In this document: piece by piece, positions 1 through 9,717 of the stretch
Position numbering within the stretch: the stretch's first letter is position 1
Layout of the letters: each line of letters starts with the position of its first letter
Source of the DNA: Nitrosopumilales archaeon
Lineage (GTDB): Archaea > Thermoproteota > Nitrososphaeria > Nitrososphaerales > Nitrosopumilaceae
NCBI GenBank assembly: GCA_007280465.1
Contig: QYPM01000002.1
Coordinates: forward strand, 2,608-66,607
Direction of reading: 5' to 3'
Length of the DNA stretch: 64,000 nucleotides
Position numbers and translations under genes: made by a program
Notes under the pieces: model-generated
The model's database searches: none
What the model saw: only the letters and a program-made list of their open reading frames with translations
What the model was told of the DNA's origin: nothing

Positions 1-1
1 T

Positions 2-64
2 GAAAAATTGCGACAAGAAAATCTTTCGTTAAAAGCAGGTCTTGATAAAGAAAAGAAAAAGTAA
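2..64 (+). CDS. 3' end of a gene truncated by the window edge
   Basis: Open frame EKLRQENLSLKAGLDKEKKK* ending in TAA at 62-64. Confidence 0.5.
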   Translation, partial: EKLRQENLSLKAGLDKEKKK

Positions 65-102
65 CCTCTTACTTTTTAAAGCCTAAACATTCTATAATTA
101 AC

Positions 103-495
103 ATGCAAAAGACACCAGTTCAAAAATGGAAGGAACAGATTATTCAATATAGGAAAAAGTGTCAGAGTATTTTAGAAATATCAAAATCAATAAGATATGT
201 TGGGTTGGTAAATGAATACGGGACTACACTTACAGGAATTTTAAGACCAGGACTTACTACTTTATTATCTAGAGAATCTGCAAGAAATGAATTCTTTCTT
301 GTTTCAACTTTATTGACAATGCGAAATAAAGCAAGTTCAGCCCTTGGAAAGATGGACCACGTAGTTTTCAGACATGAAAAAGTCACGGTAATTGCATTTC
401 AAAGAAAAGAAGGAATTTACTACATCTCAATATACAAGAATACATCTCCAGATGTCGTAGTTAAAATAATGTTAAAAATTAAAAAAATTATTTAG
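103..495 (+). CDS. thaumarchaeal hypothetical protein (roadblock/profilin-like, DUF6659-like)
   Basis: 130-aa ORF; IRYVGLVNEYG...LGKMDHVVFRHEKV pattern typical of this expanded thaumarchaeal family. Confidence 0.6.
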   Translation: MQKTPVQKWKEQIIQYRKKCQSILEISKSIRYVGLVNEYGTTLTGILRPGLTTLLSRESARNEFFLVSTLLTMRNKASSALGKMDHVVFRHEKVTVIAFQRKEGIYYISIYKNTSPDVVVKIMLKIKKII

Positions 496-908
496 AGTGG
501 AGCAAATCCGTGGAAACCACGTGCTTGTTCTGCACCATCATCAAATGAGGGCTCAAATAATGACACCATGTATTTGTCTGGGTCTAACACAATACAGTTT
601 TTGCCTGCCTTGTGTGAAATAATGTCTCTGTAAATTGGGACATTTTTCGATTTGAGTTCTTTTACTGCAGATTCTATATCGCCTACAACAAGTCCTACAA
701 CAATACCATTTTCAACGGACGTTCCAGTGTTAATGGCCTTGATTGCAGGATGGAGTATTACCGTTGCACCCTCTTTTGCCAACTCCACCCAATTTTCTCG
801 GGAATTCTTAATTGGCAATCCAATTACCTCATGGTAAAATTTCAGAGATTTTGCAATGTCTGAAACTGCGATGATTACGCTGCCAAGGTGTCTGATATTC
901 ATACTCAA
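492..908 (-). CDS. VOC/glyoxalase family protein
   Basis: VSDIAKSLKFYHEVIGL and DPDKYMVSL VOC motifs. Confidence 0.85.
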   Translation of the reverse strand: MSMNIRHLGSVIIAVSDIAKSLKFYHEVIGLPIKNSRENWVELAKEGATVILHPAIKAINTGTSVENGIVVGLVVGDIESAVKELKSKNVPIYRDIISHKAGKNCIVLDPDKYMVSLFEPSFDDGAEQARGFHGFAPL

Positions 909-944
909 AGTAAATACATGGAGGTGTTAAAGGATTTTGGTACC

Positions 945-1163
945 TTATACTACTTGTACAAGCGTCTCTGTACGCTCTACGCCCTTGATACTGTGAATAT
1001 CATTCGTGACGTCCTTTATCTGGGATAATTCCTTGACTTCGATCAATGCAACGGCATCAAATTGACCACTCACTGGAAAAGAATCATAGACGGATTTTAC
1101 CATACGGAGTCGTGCGGCTATCAATTTTTTTGGAGATTTGACTAGAACTACGGCTTTGACCAA
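945..1163 (-). CDS. Lrp/AsnC ligand-binding (RAM) domain protein
   Basis: VSGQFDAVA...IHSIKGVERTETL; no HTH. Confidence 0.85.
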   Translation of the reverse strand: MVKAVVLVKSPKKLIAARLRMVKSVYDSFPVSGQFDAVALIEVKELSQIKDVTNDIHSIKGVERTETLVQVV

Positions 1164-1396
1164 CCCATATCTACCTCCACTTCAATCAAAGTCTCTGTTG
1201 AAACAATTTCCTTTATTTTCTTAAAGTCTATTACTACATTGTTAATCTCTTCAATCGTTCCTTGTAGCACAACTGCAACATCTGCCCTTCCTGTTACAAC
1301 CATAATTTCTTTGACAATTTTTCTTGCCTTTTTCAGAAATGCTATTACTGTATCAACTTTGCCAGGTTTTACAGAGATCAAACAAAGAGATCGCAT
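1148..1396 (-). CDS. Lrp/AsnC ligand-binding (RAM) domain protein
   Basis: LISVKPGK...VTGRADVAV...IVSTETL; tandem paralog of 945-1163. Confidence 0.85.
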   Translation of the reverse strand: MRSLCLISVKPGKVDTVIAFLKKARKIVKEIMVVTGRADVAVVLQGTIEEINNVVIDFKKIKEIVSTETLIEVEVDMGWSKP

Positions 1397-1455
1397 GTTT
1401 CCTGTAATAAAGTAATCATGGATAAGCGTTATGTTGAAAAATTATGAAATAATGC

Positions 1456-1755
1456 CTAATCGTCGCTTGCTTCTTGCGAGCGGGCTTCTTCTAGGTATGC
1501 CTTTCTTGCTTCAAGCTCTGCTTCCTTGTCAAGACCAGTGTCATCTTCAACGACTATGATGCCATCATCTTCCTGAACTATGTCTTCTTTGAGTTTGGTC
1601 TTTTCTTTTACCTTACCCTTTGGAGCTACCTTCTTAGCTGGTTCCTTTTTTGGAGTTACCTTCTTAGCTGGTTCCTTTTTTGGAGCTACGACCTTCTTAG
1701 CAGGCTTTTTTGCTAGTTTTTTCTTGTCCTTTGTCATAAGACGATTATCAAACAC
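1456..1755 (-). CDS. Lys/Pro/Ala-rich low-complexity protein with acidic C-terminus
   Basis: PKKEPAKKV repeats followed by an acidic tail. Confidence 0.7.
   Translation of the reverse strand: MFDNRLMTKDKKKLAKKPAKKVVAPKKEPAKKVTPKKEPAKKVAPKGKVKEKTKLKEDIVQEDDGIIVVEDDTGLDKEAELEARKAYLEEARSQEASDD
1618..1704. repeat. 30-bp coding tandem repeat (~2.7 copies)
   Basis: tttggagYtaccttcttagctggttccttt unit repeated; encodes PKKEPAKKVx. Confidence 0.8.
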
Positions 1756-2042
1756 GTAACATCGTCCTTTTAAACTTGTCTTATAATCGCGCCACTAGGG
1801 TTTTTTATACACGTACCATAGAAATACACCAATATTCACAGGTGTTTTATAATTAGAGTTTACTTGAGATTCTTGATTTTTTTAATAATTGCATGATGAT
1901 CATTTGTGGTCTGGCAAGAATTGGTATTGCGACGGATGTGATAAGAAAGTGTATTATAGATTCAGATTTAGAAATGAGGCAAATTCATAATTATTTAAGA
2001 AATATGCTATAAATCCGCAGTAGTATTTAGTAAAAGCAAAGG

Positions 2043-2116
2043 TGCCGCCGGCAAGACTTGAACATGCGACAGCTCGGTCTTCAGCCGAGTGCTCTCCCGG
2101 GCTGAGCTACGGCGGC
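2043..2116 (-). tRNA. tRNA-Phe (GAA), intronless, CCA not encoded
   Basis: Reverse complement GCCGCCGTAGCTCAGCCCGGGAGAGCACTCGGCTGAAGACCGAGCTGTCGCATGTTCAAGTCTTGCCGGCGGCA folds as a cloverleaf; anticodon arm CTCGG-CTGAAGA-CCGAG. Confidence 0.97.
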
Positions 2117-2159
2117 ACGTTTGATTCTCAAAGTATTCGGGAATTAAAGTGTGTCTCTC

Positions 2160-2696
2160 CTATTTTTTCCAAGCAACATCAGAAATTTTTTTTCTTTTAT
2201 TTATTGTTCGGGCTATCACAAAAAGAAGATCAGACAATCTATTCATGTAGATCAAACATTCATTGTTGATCTTGTCTACCTCTGACAATTTTACGACATT
2301 AATCTCAGCTCTTCTACAGATTGCCCTTGCCAGATGAATCCTAGATGCAATCAAATCTCCTCCAGGCAGAATGAAAAAAGTTATCGGAGATAGTTTTTCC
2401 TCCAATTTGTCAATCTCTTTTTCAAGAAACAATACCATTTCAGATGTAACTCGACTAGATTTGTTATCCAAGTTTGGATTTGCAAGATCTGCACCAACTA
2501 CAAACAAGTCGTTTTGTATTCTAGTCAACAAATTACGAATGTCTTTTCCTAATTTCGATGAGAGGATAATTCCAATAGCTGCATTAAGCTCATCTACTAT
2601 GCCATAAGTTGCAATTCGTGGGTTTGATTTTTTTACACGCTTGTTTCCAATTAGTCCAGTAGTTCCATCATCACCAGTTTTAGTATAAATTTTCAC
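2160..2696 (-). CDS. pduO: PduO-type cob(I)alamin adenosyltransferase
   Basis: MKIYTKTGDDGTT, RAICRRAE and NRLSDLLF motifs. Confidence 0.95.
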   Translation of the reverse strand: MKIYTKTGDDGTTGLIGNKRVKKSNPRIATYGIVDELNAAIGIILSSKLGKDIRNLLTRIQNDLFVVGADLANPNLDNKSSRVTSEMVLFLEKEIDKLEEKLSPITFFILPGGDLIASRIHLARAICRRAEINVVKLSEVDKINNECLIYMNRLSDLLFVIARTINKRKKISDVAWKK

Positions 2697-2810
2697 AGTT
2701 ACATGCTAGTGATTCTTGTCATTTTAATCTTGTTTGAATATATTGACATTTTAAAACTGGCAAATAGACTCAAAGATTAAAACAGGTGGCAAAGAGAATG
2801 ATTACTTGTA

Positions 2811-3338
2811 TTGTTTGACTTTTTCTATCTAGCATCAGAACTCAAAAGAGTACCACGCAAAGGATGGATAAGTAAAGTAGGTATTGAACATCCCGAGTCA
2901 GTAGCAGACCATTCTTACATCACTGCAATCATGGCAATGGTTTTGTCAGACTCGCATAAACTAGATACAGAAAAAATTCTTAAAATGGCACTTCTTCATG
3001 ATCTAGCCGAATCAATCACAGGGGATTTTATGCCAGAAGAAATCTCAAAGGAGAACAAGAAAATATCCGAAGACGATGCCATGAAAGAGATTTTCTCCAA
3101 ACTGCCAGGCAATCTTGCAGAACAATATGACAAGATATGGCAAGAGTACATGCAGGCAGATACAAAGGAATCTATCCTTTTACATGAAATTGACAAGCTA
3201 GAGATGGCCATCCAAGCTGCAAAATACTCTTCAGAAGGATTTTCAAATGAAAAATTAAGTTTGTTTGTAGACTCGGCAAAAAAAGAGATAAAATCAAAAG
3301 AACTTTTGGACATACTTGACACACTATCGTATAAATAA
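2811..3338 (+). CDS. HD-domain phosphohydrolase (HDDC2/YfbR-like)
   Basis: LKRVPRKGW, ESVADHSY, LLHDLAESITGD, DKLE. Confidence 0.9.
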   Translation: MFDFFYLASELKRVPRKGWISKVGIEHPESVADHSYITAIMAMVLSDSHKLDTEKILKMALLHDLAESITGDFMPEEISKENKKISEDDAMKEIFSKLPGNLAEQYDKIWQEYMQADTKESILLHEIDKLEMAIQAAKYSSEGFSNEKLSLFVDSAKKEIKSKELLDILDTLSYK

Positions 3339-3358
3339 CTAGAATTGATTTTTCAATC

Positions 3359-3706
3359 ATGCAGTATTTTGTTGCACTAAAAATGGGTGAGAAAAGAGTC
3401 AAAGAATCACGTGAATATCTCAACAAGTTGTGTAATGATCAAGCAATGCCTGCTTTAGCACTAAGAGATAACAAGACCAATGTGTGGGAACCAGTAGGCG
3501 AGGAAAATCTCTACGCCGTTCTAAGTAATACGGGAGGATATGTGCTGTCAGATTCTACTGGATATATGATAGTAATTTGTGATAAAAATGGAATTTCAAA
3601 AGCACTTGTTAGAGGTCTTAATGCGGAACGCAAGGACGCCATTGTTACAAGAATAAAATCTGATAATATCGAAGAGCACAAAGGTGATGTGGTTCTTCCA
3701 GTTTAA
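3359..3706 (+). CDS. hypothetical protein
   Basis: 115-aa ORF with typical composition. Confidence 0.7.
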   Translation: MQYFVALKMGEKRVKESREYLNKLCNDQAMPALALRDNKTNVWEPVGEENLYAVLSNTGGYVLSDSTGYMIVICDKNGISKALVRGLNAERKDAIVTRIKSDNIEEHKGDVVLPV

Positions 3707-3780
3707 TGATTTTATTTTCGAGTCTGTTGACAAATAATTGACACCAAGATTAAATTAGTACAAATACGGAATCTTAGGAA

Positions 3781-5016
3781 ATGGTAAAGAAATTCACCCA
3801 TGAGATAGAGGTAAAAGGTCATCTCATTGATTCCATGATACTAACCAAAATTTTCGATGTCATCATGGACCTCAAGGGCGAGTTTCAAGTACAAGAGTTC
3901 AAGGTGGGAAAGCATAAAAAAGATGCAAGTTATGCAAAACTTACAATTCAGGGTCAATCACAAGCGCACCTTGATAAAATTCTAGAAGCAATATACCGCG
4001 AGGGCGCAACATCTAAGATTGAGCAATCTATCTCGCTAAAACTTGCGCAAAAAGACATGGTAATGCCAGATGATTTTTACAGTACTACTAACAATCACAC
4101 CGAAATATTTTACAAGGGAAAATGGATCAAGGTAGAAAACATGATGATGGATAAATGCATCATTGTTAAAGAAAACAGGGCATTTTGCACCCCAATCCGA
4201 GAGGTAAAAAAAGGAGACAAGATAATTGTAGGAGAAAAAGGAATCCGTGTCACTCCACCTGAAAGACCAAGAGAAGGGGTTAACCTATTTCAATTCATGA
4301 GCAGTGGTAGCTCAAGTGAGAGACCTACTCAACATATTGCACGAAAAGTTGCAGAAGACATTTACAGAATAAAGAAGCAAGGCGGAAAAATTGTTCTGGT
4401 AGGAGGGCCTGCAATTGTACACACCGGCGCATCTGATTCCATTGCAATGTTGATAAGAACTGGATTTATCAATGCAGTTCTTGCAGGAAATGCACTTGCA
4501 GTTCATGATATAGAATATTCAACTCTAGGTACATCACTTGGAATGAATGTACAAGACGGTACACTTGCAGTAAGAGGACATAGAAATCACATGCAGGCAA
4601 TAAATTCAGTCTTCAAAGCTGGATCAATTCCAAAGATGGTAGAAAAAAAAATATTGACAAAAGGCATAATGTATGAATGTGTAAAAAATAAAATTCCGTT
4701 TGTACTTGCAGGCTCGCTAAGAGACGATGGCCCACTACCAGATGTGATTACCGATATGACTGTAGCACAGCGAAAATACAAGGAAATAGTAAAGGATGCA
4801 AAACTTGTCATCATGGTTTCAACAATGCTCCATTCGATTGCCACAGGGAACATGCTACCTGCTGACGTCAAAGTAATTGTAGTAGACATCAGTCAGCCAA
4901 CTGTAACAAAGCTTATGGATAGGGGTACATGGCAGGCACTTGGCATAGTAACCGATGTAGGAGCATTTTTGCCCCTAGTGACACAAGAAATTCAGAAACT
5001 AACCAAACGTCACTAA
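3781..5016 (+). CDS. TIGR00300/LOR-SDH family protein (ornithine cyclodeaminase-like)
   Basis: GHLIDS, FYSTTNNHT, AGNALAVHDIE, LAGSLRDDGPLP, KLMDRG motifs. Confidence 0.85.
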   Translation: MVKKFTHEIEVKGHLIDSMILTKIFDVIMDLKGEFQVQEFKVGKHKKDASYAKLTIQGQSQAHLDKILEAIYREGATSKIEQSISLKLAQKDMVMPDDFYSTTNNHTEIFYKGKWIKVENMMMDKCIIVKENRAFCTPIREVKKGDKIIVGEKGIRVTPPERPREGVNLFQFMSSGSSSERPTQHIARKVAEDIYRIKKQGGKIVLVGGPAIVHTGASDSIAMLIRTGFINAVLAGNALAVHDIEYSTLGTSLGMNVQDGTLAVRGHRNHMQAINSVFKAGSIPKMVEKKILTKGIMYECVKNKIPFVLAGSLRDDGPLPDVITDMTVAQRKYKEIVKDAKLVIMVSTMLHSIATGNMLPADVKVIVVDISQPTVTKLMDRGTWQALGIVTDVGAFLPLVTQEIQKLTKRH

Positions 5017-5076
5017 GATCATACTTTAGAAAATCAACTTCAACAAAATCTCACCATTGAAATGATAACTATATGA

Positions 5077-5092
5077 TTATCATGTTTGATAG
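5077..5092 (+). promoter_or_regulatory. island palindrome TTATCA-TGTT-TGATAG
   Basis: Ends 42 bp before ATG 5134; TATA-like TTTTAAT at 5104. Confidence 0.75.
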
Positions 5093-5133
5093 TAACAGCG
5101 TGGTTTTAATTTTTGAATAGACAGAAATTACAA

Positions 5134-6996
5134 ATGCAATCTGAAAAAGAGAGAACGCCCCAGATGGCCTGGTTTGTAAAGCATTATCCAGTTCCAGTTA
5201 TTACTCTCATAGGACTATTCATAGGTGGAATATTACAAATATCTCATGAAGAACAAGCAGGAAAAATCATATGGTTTGTTACTCTAATAGGGGGAGGAAT
5301 CCCTGTAGTTTGGCAAACTGTCCGTGAAATGTTACACAAACATTTTGTTGCAGACATTGTTGCGATGCTTGCAATCATTGTATCCATCATACTCAATGAC
5401 GCATTTCCAGGTGTGATAATTGTCTTGATGCAATCAGGCGGAAAGGCATTAGAAGATTATGCATACAGACGAGCTTCATCATCACTTGACAATTTACTAT
5501 CAAGAGCACCAAGGATTGCACATAGAAAAAAAGATCATAGTATAGAGGAAATTCAGGTATCTCAAATAGATATAGGAGACATTTTGGTCATCAGACCCGG
5601 AGATTTGATACCAGTTGATGGCGAGGTGTTGAGTTTGCAAGCACGTATTGATGAAGCATCATTAACTGGAGAACCATTACCAAAAACAAAAACTTGTGGA
5701 GAACAAGTATTTAGTGGAACAATAAACATTGGGGATGCATTTGACATAATAGCTGCAAGAAAAAGTGATGAGAGTCAATATTCAAAAATTGTAAAACTTG
5801 TAAAAAAAGCACAGCAGGAAAAGGCACCAATTCAGAGACTGGCAGACAAGTATGCAGTTTGGTTCACACCCCTTACACTTGTAGTAAGTGCAACGGGATG
5901 GCTGATTACCAACAATTTTGAAACAATTTTGTCAGTGCTAGTTGTAGCAACTCCTTGTTCACTCATCTTTGCTACACCTGTTGCAATAATCAGTGGAATA
6001 AACAGGGCTGCAAAAACTGGAATTATAATCAAGACCGGTGCAGGCATTGAACAAGTAGCAAAAACTCAAGTTGCAGTATTTGACAAAACTGGAACTATTA
6101 CATTTGGAACTCCAGCCGTTGAGAGAATAATCTCATTTGATGGAAGATCTTGTGATGAGATTTTGTTAAAAGCTGCAAGCCTTGAGCAGCTTTCATCTCA
6201 CCCAATTGCTGCAATGATAGTCCAAAAAGGAAAAGAAAAGTTTGAGAAATTACTAGTACCAGAAAACTTTCGTGAAATATCTGGCGCAGGGGTAGAAGGA
6301 AGAATAGGCGAAGATCACATAATGATAGGAGCTCCTAGCATATTTGCAAATTCAGGGGCAGACATTTTTGATGGAGTAAACTCTGCAGCAAACGAGATGC
6401 AACAGGATGGAAGAATGATTGCGTTTGTTGCACTAAATGGAAAACTATCAGGGGCAATTGTATTCGGTGATGAAATACGACCAGACGTGAAAGCCATGAT
6501 TCAGAGACTAAAAACTATTGGAATAAAGAAAACTGTTTTGCTTACAGGTGATATCAAAAATAATGCACGAAACATTGCGGAACAGGCAGGTATTACAGAT
6601 TATGAGGCAGAACTTGTTCCGGAAGAAAAAGTAATCGCAGTAAAAAAACTAAGACAGGAATATGAAAATGTAATAATGGTGGGAGACGGAATTAATGATG
6701 CTCCAGCTTTGGCAGCATCAACTGTTGGAATTGCAATGGGTGCAAAGGGAACTGCCATCTCTGCAGAAGCTGCAGATATAGTATTGTTAGAGGATAGCGT
6801 TTCAAAGGTTGTAGATACAATTGAGATTGGCAAAAGAACAATCTCTGTTGCAAAACAAAGCATCTTTGTTGGTCTGGGGGGCAGCTTTCTCTTTATGGGC
6901 ATAGCAATGTTCGGACACCTCCCTCCAGCTATGGGAGCATTACTTCAAGAAGTTCTTGACGTTAGTGTTATACTAAATGCATTACGCGCAAGATAG
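5134..6996 (+). CDS. heavy-metal P1B-type ATPase (P1B-5 signature)
   Basis: DKTGT, TGE, GDGINDAP, HP; membrane motifs ATPCS, QSIFVGLGGSFLFM, QEVLDVSVILN. Start moved to ATG 5134 (ORF track 5113). Confidence 0.92.
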   Translation: MQSEKERTPQMAWFVKHYPVPVITLIGLFIGGILQISHEEQAGKIIWFVTLIGGGIPVVWQTVREMLHKHFVADIVAMLAIIVSIILNDAFPGVIIVLMQSGGKALEDYAYRRASSSLDNLLSRAPRIAHRKKDHSIEEIQVSQIDIGDILVIRPGDLIPVDGEVLSLQARIDEASLTGEPLPKTKTCGEQVFSGTINIGDAFDIIAARKSDESQYSKIVKLVKKAQQEKAPIQRLADKYAVWFTPLTLVVSATGWLITNNFETILSVLVVATPCSLIFATPVAIISGINRAAKTGIIIKTGAGIEQVAKTQVAVFDKTGTITFGTPAVERIISFDGRSCDEILLKAASLEQLSSHPIAAMIVQKGKEKFEKLLVPENFREISGAGVEGRIGEDHIMIGAPSIFANSGADIFDGVNSAANEMQQDGRMIAFVALNGKLSGAIVFGDEIRPDVKAMIQRLKTIGIKKTVLLTGDIKNNARNIAEQAGITDYEAELVPEEKVIAVKKLRQEYENVIMVGDGINDAPALAASTVGIAMGAKGTAISAEAADIVLLEDSVSKVVDTIEIGKRTISVAKQSIFVGLGGSFLFMGIAMFGHLPPAMGALLQEVLDVSVILNALRAR

Positions 6997-7050
6997 TATT
7001 TTGTTGATAGACTAGTCATTGAAATTTTTTCATAAAAAAAACAGGTCCAT

Positions 7051-8349
7051 TCATTTCAGCCATGTTAGAAACATGACTGCCGCCGCGAATCCCATAACTA
7101 CAACAGTAATCCAACCAACGATATTAGATATCTTTCCGTTGGTTCTACCCTCAAGTATTTTCTTATCATTGCCAATTTTTACAATTAGAACAAGAAGTGG
7201 AACAGCAATCACGCCATTGATTACGGCTGCATATATCAGAGCTTTTATCGGATCAACATTGGCAAAATTTATCCAGAGACCTATTACAGTTGATGCTGCT
7301 ATAATCAAGTAAAATCCCTTGGCTTGTCTGAATTTTTTACTCAGGCCTTGCTTCCATCCAAATTGCTCCGATAAGGCATATGCCGACGAACCTGCAAGTA
7401 CCGGGATTGCAAGCATCCCTACACCAATTACTCCTAAAGCAAAAATAATTTTTGCCAATTCTCCAGAATGAGGAAATGTTTTCACCAGAGGCTCAAGTGC
7501 CTTTGCTGCCTGATCTGCAGTAGCAATATCGGTTATGCCATGCATATGAAGTGTTCCCGCTGTTGTTACTATTATAAACCACATTACCATTTGGGAAAAT
7601 GCCATTCCAATTACAACATCTTTTCTCATCGTCTTGATTTCTTTATTTCGAATTTTTGGTGTACCCTCGCCGATATTTTTTATCTTATTTTTTGTAACGT
7701 CCTCCTCAGCTTCTTCAGATGTTTGCCAAAAAAACAGATATGGTGATATGGTAGTACCAAATATTGCAACAAACAACATTGCAAAAGCTGGGGTAAACTC
7801 AAAATGAGGAATTACGCTTGCCACTAGAATTTCAGTCCAATTGCCTCCTACAATTATTGCAGTAACCATGTAAGCAAGCAAGCTCAGAGCCAGATACTTG
7901 AGTATAGTAACATATTTCCTATAAGGTATGAAAATTTCTGCACAAATAACAAGGGCAGTGAAAAGTATAGTTACAGCAACTATTGGCAAATGTGGAAAAA
8001 CAAGTTTTACTGATGCCGACATTGCACCAATATCGGCGCCAATGTTGATAGTATTTGCAATTAAAAGCAGACTGATGATTGGGTAGATTATTTTTTTTGA
8101 ATATCTTTTTTTTATAATGCCTGACAAGCCGCTTCCAGTAACAAGTCCAATGCGTGCACACATCTCCTGAATTACAACCATCATTGGAAACTGAAATAAT
8201 GCCATCCACAGAGTAGTAAAACCAAATTGTGCACCGGCTTGGGAATAGGTCGCAATTCCAGAAGGATCATCATCTGCAGCTCCCGTTATCAATCCCGGTC
8301 CCAAGATCTTGAAAAATGATTTTATTTTCAATAATCCGGATTTTGACAT
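7051..8349 (-). CDS. NRAMP-family divalent metal transporter
   Basis: LGPGLITGAADDDPSGIATYSQAGA, GTTISPYLFFWQ; multiple TM helices. Confidence 0.92.
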   Translation of the reverse strand: MSKSGLLKIKSFFKILGPGLITGAADDDPSGIATYSQAGAQFGFTTLWMALFQFPMMVVIQEMCARIGLVTGSGLSGIIKKRYSKKIIYPIISLLLIANTINIGADIGAMSASVKLVFPHLPIVAVTILFTALVICAEIFIPYRKYVTILKYLALSLLAYMVTAIIVGGNWTEILVASVIPHFEFTPAFAMLFVAIFGTTISPYLFFWQTSEEAEEDVTKNKIKNIGEGTPKIRNKEIKTMRKDVVIGMAFSQMVMWFIIVTTAGTLHMHGITDIATADQAAKALEPLVKTFPHSGELAKIIFALGVIGVGMLAIPVLAGSSAYALSEQFGWKQGLSKKFRQAKGFYLIIAASTVIGLWINFANVDPIKALIYAAVINGVIAVPLLVLIVKIGNDKKILEGRTNGKISNIVGWITVVVMGFAAAVMFLTWLK

Positions 8350-8401
8350 CTATTGCATATTTGGTTTAATTGTTAATATTGTTTGAAAACAAATGGCGGA
8401 A

Positions 8402-9049
8402 TTACTTGAGACTCGTTGGCCTAAATCCATAACTACTCATGATTTCTGCCACCTGGTAATCTTCAACTTGATCAAAAGATTGGTAAAACTCTCCAACTGC
8501 ACCAAAGACTTCAGGAGCATCCAATACAACAACTTCAGCCATTTTTGACAGTTTCTCAATTGTATCTCTTGGCCCTACAGGAATTGCTACGATGACTCTC
8601 TTTGGATTCTGTTTTTTTATCCATTCTAATGCAACAAAGACTGTCGCACCAGTGGCAATACCGTCATCAACAAGAACAACGGTCTTGTTTTTTAGATCAT
8701 AGTCAGTTCTTCCTCTAAATTTCACCAGTCGGTGATTGATCTCTTCCATTTGCTCGGCAATTTTTTCATCAAGATAACTTTTTGGAATGCCCAATGTGTT
8801 TATCAGTTCAGAGTTTGGAAAAAAACTACCGTCATGTGCTACTGCCCCTATTGCAAGTTCTGGATTGTATGGCGCTCCTACTTTACGTGAAACTATAACA
8901 TCAAGTGAGAGTCCCAAGATTTTTGCAATCACATCTCCTGTCACTACCCCCCCACGTGGAATTGCCAAGATTATTGGATTTTCTTTTTTTATCCATTCTA
9001 GTTTCTTTGCAAGTTTTTGTGCAGCATCTATTCTATCTTTGAATATCAA
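8402..9049 (-). CDS. phosphoribosyltransferase (Rv0571c/Rv2030c-type)
   Basis: FKDRIDAA, LAIPRGG, RKVGAPYNPELAIGA, VVLVDDGIATGAT. Confidence 0.9.
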   Translation of the reverse strand: MIFKDRIDAAQKLAKKLEWIKKENPIILAIPRGGVVTGDVIAKILGLSLDVIVSRKVGAPYNPELAIGAVAHDGSFFPNSELINTLGIPKSYLDEKIAEQMEEINHRLVKFRGRTDYDLKNKTVVLVDDGIATGATVFVALEWIKKQNPKRVIVAIPVGPRDTIEKLSKMAEVVVLDAPEVFGAVGEFYQSFDQVEDYQVAEIMSSYGFRPTSLK

Positions 9050-9717
9050 TTAGCCTCTCCAAGATATTGTAAAAACCAGTTGCTTGCATATTGTGCCACT
9101 TGTTCTAGTTTTCCCGGTTCTTCAAAAAGATGTGTGGCTTCAGGGATGATGATTAATTTCTTGTCAGATTTTAATTTGGCCATTGCCTGTTTGTTTAAAT
9201 CTATTACAACATCATCATAGCCTCCCACTAGAAGTAATGTTGGACATTTTACAGAGCCCAGACTTGACCCGGCAAGATCTGGTCTTCCACCTCTTGATAC
9301 CACTGCCTTGACTATGCCAGGCCTCTCAGCAGCTGCTACCAATGCTGCAGCTGCACCAGTACTTGCGCCAAAATATCCTACATTCAGGTGTGTGTTCTTG
9401 GAAATTTTTAGAAACCAGTCAGTAGTTTCAACCAATCTTTGTGAGAGTAGCGGAATATCAAATCTCAAATGTGTAGTTTGCATATCTACTTCCTCCTCTT
9501 CCCTAGTCAACAAGTCAAATAACAACGTGGCAATTCCCCTTTGATTTAATTCGCTTGCGACAAAACGATTTCTTGGACTCATCCTACCACTACCATGTGC
9601 AAAGAGTACAACGCCAATAGAATTTTTCGGTATTGAAAGATTTCCCTCCAATTTAACCAACCCAAGTTGTATCTCTACAAATGTAGAATCATTTTCACTT
9701 TTTGTGAATCTACCCAT
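9046..9717 (-). CDS. dienelactone-hydrolase-like alpha/beta hydrolase
   Basis: FAHGSG, GYFGASTG nucleophile elbow, VSRGGRPDL, HLFEEPG; likely ATG at 9717. Confidence 0.88.
   Translation of the reverse strand: MGRFTKSENDSTFVEIQLGLVKLEGNLSIPKNSIGVVLFAHGSGRMSPRNRFVASELNQRGIATLLFDLLTREEEEVDMQTTHLRFDIPLLSQRLVETTDWFLKISKNTHLNVGYFGASTGAAAALVAAAERPGIVKAVVSRGGRPDLAGSSLGSVKCPTLLLVGGYDDVVIDLNKQAMAKLKSDKKLIIIPEATHLFEEPGKLEQVAQYASNWFLQYLGEAN

Noticed and set aside
1618-1704. Direct repeats as a possible CRISPR array
   Set aside because: Contiguous 30-bp coding repeats with no unique spacers and no cas genes.
2051-2067. U-U mismatch in the tRNA-Phe T-stem
   Set aside because: A single mismatch in an otherwise canonical tRNA; not enough to call a pseudogene or editing.
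2042-2269. 75-aa plus-strand ORF (MPPARLEHATARSSAECS...)
   Set aside because: Antisense translation of tRNA-Phe.
9578-9601. Hydrolase motif HGSGRMSPRN seems two residues shorter than the usual HGSGSSRxSPRN
   Set aside because: In-frame, catalytic residues intact, and cannot be assessed without an alignment.
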